Shown: piece by piece, positions 44,889 to 47,938 of the stretch
Layout: each line of letters begins with the position of its first letter
How positions within the stretch are numbered: the first letter of the stretch is position 1
Assembly (NCBI GenBank): GCA_045576095.1
Contig: JAZNFP010000054.1
Span: 1 to 47,938, forward strand
From: Eubacteriales bacterium
Lineage (GTDB): Bacteria > Bacillota > Clostridia > Oscillospirales > CAG-272
Length of the DNA stretch: 47,938 nucleotides
Direction of reading: 5' to 3'
Program-made: the position numbers and the translations under genes
The notes under the pieces: generated by a model
Told to the model about the DNA's origin: nothing
The model's database searches: none
What the model saw: only the letters and a program-made list of their open reading frames with translations

Positions 44889-45271
44889 TATGCGTGATAC
44901 TCTTAACGGAGTATCACGCATAACTCTATTCGCCTGCGGCGAGTTCTATTGCTGCGCAGTGATATTCGCTGCGCGAGTTTTTTGGCGAATAGAATATCAC
45001 TGCAAGGCTTTCCCTTGCAATATCACTTCCCGCAAGGGAAATATCACTCTTCGCATCAGCGAAGAATATCACTTTTAATACTAAAGAAAAAGAGAGAACA
45101 TTTCGGCTCGTATGAAACCGATTGTTCTCTCTTTTTTTCTGTCAGTGATGTTTGCCCGCTACGCCAATAGGCGTAATATCACTCACGCAGTGAACATCAC
45201 TGCCGAAGGCAACATCACTTGTCCGCAAGGGCAAGCATCGTTTCGCGTGATACTCCGTTAAGAGTATCACG
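44889..45271. mobile_element. Composite hairpin-array element (element B) with 27-bp hairpin terminal inverted repeats; candidate non-autonomous element
   Basis: 44893-44919 is the exact reverse complement of 45245-45271; internal hairpins are separated by ATATCAC/ACATCAC; no coding capacity. Confidence 0.6.
45084..45140. terminator. Bidirectional terminator inside element B
   Basis: AAGAAAAAGAGAGAACA...TGTTCTCTCTTTTTTTCT between convergent genes. Confidence 0.75.
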
Positions 45272-45349
45272 GTAAGAATTCGGCGCTTTTGCTTTTTTCA
45301 ATCACAAAAACGGTGATACCGCCCCAATTTTTAGTGACTCAGCCCTTTT

Positions 45350-46045
45350 TTAAGCAAACAACCTGAAGCTTCCGCCAAGCCCGACGACAAGGACCGTCAC
45401 ACAGGCGGCAATGACGAGAAGCGAGATCCCCCAGAGCAAAAGGGTTCTGCGCGTCAGAAGAGTTGAGACGGCACCGTCACGCCTGCCACCGAGACCGCGC
45501 ATGAGTCCTGCGCGTACCAAAGCGGTCGATAAGGGCTTGTAGAGCAGAAGAACAACGGCGGCGTTGAGGGTTGATTTCGTCAGATTAAAGGGAAAAAGCA
45601 GGCGTGGGATCAGCGAGATGACCGCTTCCCTTGTAGCCCCCATATAGAAGGGCGTGATCAGGAGATTTGCCAGCATCATCACCGAGGTAGTCACGAAAAC
45701 GGCAGAGATGAGACCGAGAACCGCGCTCGACAGACGGCGGCGGAAGCGGTAGATCAGCGATGCCGTGAGCGTAAAGCTCATGCTGGAGAGAAAATTCATA
45801 ATCAGTCCGTAGACGCCTGTATCGCTGACGGTGATGAACTCAAGCAGCGCAACCGAGAGAGAGAGCAGGATGCCCGCCGACGGACCGAGGGCAAGCGCAC
45901 CGACCGTCATGACCGCATCCTTGACGTCGAGCGTCAGAAACGAGACCTTAAAGCGGAATACGAAAACGCACACGTAGGCAAGCGCCGCGAACATGGCGAC
46001 TGCCACCGAGTAGCGGAGATGTCTTCTTAATTTTGTTTCGCGCAT
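45350..46045 (-). CDS. ribU: ECF transporter riboflavin S-component
   Basis: AMFAALAYV, FLTLD..D, G.YG..MNF, PFNL.K; lies under an FMN riboswitch. Confidence 0.85.
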   Translation of the reverse strand: MRETKLRRHLRYSVAVAMFAALAYVCVFVFRFKVSFLTLDVKDAVMTVGALALGPSAGILLSLSVALLEFITVSDTGVYGLIMNFLSSMSFTLTASLIYRFRRRLSSAVLGLISAVFVTTSVMMLANLLITPFYMGATREAVISLIPRLLFPFNLTKSTLNAAVVLLLYKPLSTALVRAGLMRGLGGRRDGAVSTLLTRRTLLLWGISLLVIAACVTVLVVGLGGSFRLFA

Positions 46046-46211
46046 AGCAGCTTCCTTTCAGAACGTAAACGGGGATTCAGAGGATTCTACGTTTCCGAAA
46101 AGACAAAAATTACAGATTCTCATTGGGAAAGCAAAACGAAAGGAACGACCTCGGGACGAAAAAAAGCCCCAAGATACACCTCTCGCATATCCATGGGACT
46201 CCCGTAGCTTC

Positions 46212-46347
46212 TTATCTTTTCACATCCGGACTTTCTGCCTGTCAAGGCAACCGTCGGTACGGGAATCTCACCCGTTCGGCGCGACACAGAGGGCCGCGTT
46301 CGCAGACTGTACTGCCGGTATGGAATTACACCAAACCCCAAAGATAA
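46212..46347 (-). ncRNA. FMN riboswitch (RFN element)
   Basis: Minus strand TCTTTGGGG.TTGGTGTAATTCCATACCGGCAGTACAGTCTGCGA...GGGTGAGATTCCCGTACCGACGGT...AGTCCGGATGTGAAAAGA. Confidence 0.93.
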
Positions 46348-46367
46348 CGACTGTTATAAAATTGTGG

Positions 46368-46399
46368 GAGAAAACGGGCGACGAGTCGCCCGTTTTCTC
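46368..46399 (-). terminator. Hairpin after tuf with a weak U tract
   Basis: GAGAAAACGGGCGAC-ga-GTCGCCCGTTTTCTC. Confidence 0.7.
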
Positions 46400-46417
46400 A
46401 CTAGACAAGGTCCGATC

Positions 46418-47623
46418 TTACTCGATGATCTCGGAAACGACGCCCGAACCAACCGTACGGCCACCCTCACGGATAGCGAAGCGGAGACCCTTCTCGATAG
46501 CGATGGGGGTGATCAGCTGAACGGTCATGTCAACGTTGTCGCCGGGACGGCACATCTCGGTGCCCTCGGGAAGCTTGATGGAACCGGTAACGTCGGTCGT
46601 TCTGAAGTAGAACTGAGGTCTGTAGCCGGAGAAGAAGGGCTTCTGACGGCCGCCCTCTTTCTCAGTCAGGACGTAAACCTGGCCGACGAACTGGGTGTGA
46701 GGCTGGATGGAGCCCGGCTTGCAGAGAACCTGTCCGCGCTCGATCTCGTTCTTCTGGATACCGCGGAGCAGAGCACCGATGTTATCGCCTGCCTCAGCGC
46801 TGTCCATGAGCTTGTGGAACATCTCGATACCGGTAACGACGGTCTGTCTCTTCTCCTCGGAGAGTCCGACGATCTCGATGGTCTCGTTCATCTTGATGGT
46901 ACCTCTCTCAACACGACCGGTAGCAACGGTGCCGCGGCCGGAGATCGAGAAGACGTCCTCGACGGGCATCAGGAAGGGCAGGTCAGCCTTTCTGTCGGGA
47001 GTGGGGATATAGCTGTCAACGTTGTCCATGAGCTCCTGGATGGGGGCGTAAGCCGCATCGGAAGCATCGCTCGAAGCGCACTCAAGAGCAACGCGGGCAG
47101 AACCGCGGATGATCGGAATATCGTCGCCCGGGAAGTCGTACTCGGAGAGAAGATCGCGGATCTCCATCTCGACGAGGTCGAGAAGCTCGGGATCGTCAAC
47201 GATATCGGTCTTGTTCATGAAAACGACGATTGCGGGAACGCCAACCTGACGGGCAAGAAGGACGTGCTCGCGGGTCTGCTGAAGAGGACCGTCGGTTCCT
47301 GCAACGACGAGGATTGCACCGTCCATCTGAGCAGCACCGGTGATCATGTTCTTAACGTAGTCAGCGTGGCCGGGGCAGTCGACGTGCGCGTAGTGGCGAG
47401 CGTCGGTCTCGTACTCAACGTGACGGGTGTTGATTGTGATACCACGTGCTCTCTCTTCAGGAGCGTTGTCGATCTGGTCGTAAGCCATGAACTCTGCCTT
47501 GCCGCCTGCAAGGGACAGGGTCTTGGTGATAGCAGCGGTAAGGGTGGTCTTACCGTGGTCAACGTGGCCGATGGTACCAATGTTAACGTGGGGTTTGGTT
47601 CTTTCAAAGGTAGACTTTGCCAT
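46418..47623 (-). CDS. tuf: Elongation factor Tu
   Basis: [50 protein letters not shown]. Confidence 0.99.
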   Translation of the reverse strand: MAKSTFERTKPHVNIGTIGHVDHGKTTLTAAITKTLSLAGGKAEFMAYDQIDNAPEERARGITINTRHVEYETDARHYAHVDCPGHADYVKNMITGAAQMDGAILVVAGTDGPLQQTREHVLLARQVGVPAIVVFMNKTDIVDDPELLDLVEMEIRDLLSEYDFPGDDIPIIRGSARVALECASSDASDAAYAPIQELMDNVDSYIPTPDRKADLPFLMPVEDVFSISGRGTVATGRVERGTIKMNETIEIVGLSEEKRQTVVTGIEMFHKLMDSAEAGDNIGALLRGIQKNEIERGQVLCKPGSIQPHTQFVGQVYVLTEKEGGRQKPFFSGYRPQFYFRTTDVTGSIKLPEGTEMCRPGDNVDMTVQLITPIAIEKGLRFAIREGGRTVGSGVVSEIIE

Positions 47624-47682
47624 TTTGAAAATCCTCCGTAATTAAAAATTTTTTAGTTAGTTGTTCAGGTTACACCTGAAAA

Positions 47683-47938
47683 TCAAGCGTTGCCCTTATT
47701 GCGCTTGGCAACGATCTCTTCCTGAATGGACTTCGGTACCTGCTCGAAGCCGCAGGGCTCCATAGCGTAGACACCGCGACCCTGCGTCTTGGAACGAAGG
47801 TCGGTTGCATAGCCAAACATATTGGCAAGCGGAACGGTTGCGTGAACCTCGGTTGCGCCGTTGGTAGGCTCCATAGAGGAAATCTGACCACGGCGGGAGT
47901 TGAAGTCACCGATAACGTCGCCGAGGTAATCATCGGGA
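47683..47938 (-). CDS. fusA: Elongation factor G, C-terminal part (truncated by the window edge)
   Basis: [19 protein letters not shown]...[21 protein letters not shown], directly upstream of tuf. Confidence 0.96.
   Translation of the reverse strand, partial: PDDYLGDVIGDFNSRRGQISSMEPTNGATEVHATVPLANMFGYATDLRSKTQGRGVYAMEPCGFEQVPKSIQEEIVAKRNKGNA

Noticed and set aside
44890-45170. 62-aa and 73-aa ORFs with NIT repeats
   Set aside because: By-product of the AATATCACT linker; no RBS.
44994-45234. Possible CRISPR or TIGR-type guide array
   Set aside because: Repeats are only 7-9 nt, the spacers are self-complementary and 11-19 nt of variable length, and no cas or Nop-domain gene is in the window. 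Kept instead as a hairpin-array finding.
46212-46347. Variant FMN riboswitch with altered ligand
   Set aside because: Core junction nucleotides look canonical and the downstream gene is RibU-like.
46364-47641. 425-aa plus-strand ORF
   Set aside because: Antisense shadow of the highly biased tuf gene.

Overview
A GC-rich chromosomal segment from a spore-forming Clostridia-class Firmicute, judged from spoIVA, gpr, a SigH-like sigma factor, YetF/DUF421 and an SLH protein. The left edge carries an rRNA-operon promoter and boxA pointing out of the window, and the right edge is the end of fusA followed by tuf. Most of the content is core or housekeeping: the TIGR03960/TIGR03936 radical SAM pair, rlmB, oppA, serC/serA, dCMP deaminase, ABC exporters, FakA/DegV, nnrDE, tRNA-Ser(CGA), RNase P RNA, a TPP riboswitch with thiT and an FMN riboswitch with ribU. 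No integrase, transposase, prophage or CRISPR array was seen. Five features stand out. (1) Two unlinked intergenic elements (14693-14869 and 44889-45271) are built from variable hairpins separated by a constant ATATCAC-type linker, arranged in inverted halves, with GNA/GCAA loops polarised to the ATATCAC strand; one has exact 27-bp hairpin terminal inverted repeats. (2) A 769-aa P1B-ATPase-fold membrane protein has lost every catalytic motif. (3) A reduced flavinylation/EET-like module is present (FMN lipoprotein, ApbE, NusG-II, Gx transporter). (4) A ydjGHI-like envelope operon lacks PspA and is headed by two uncharacterised genes. (5) The tRNA-Ser 3' end is duplicated around a palindromic cassette. 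All family calls come from motif recognition by eye, not from database searches.
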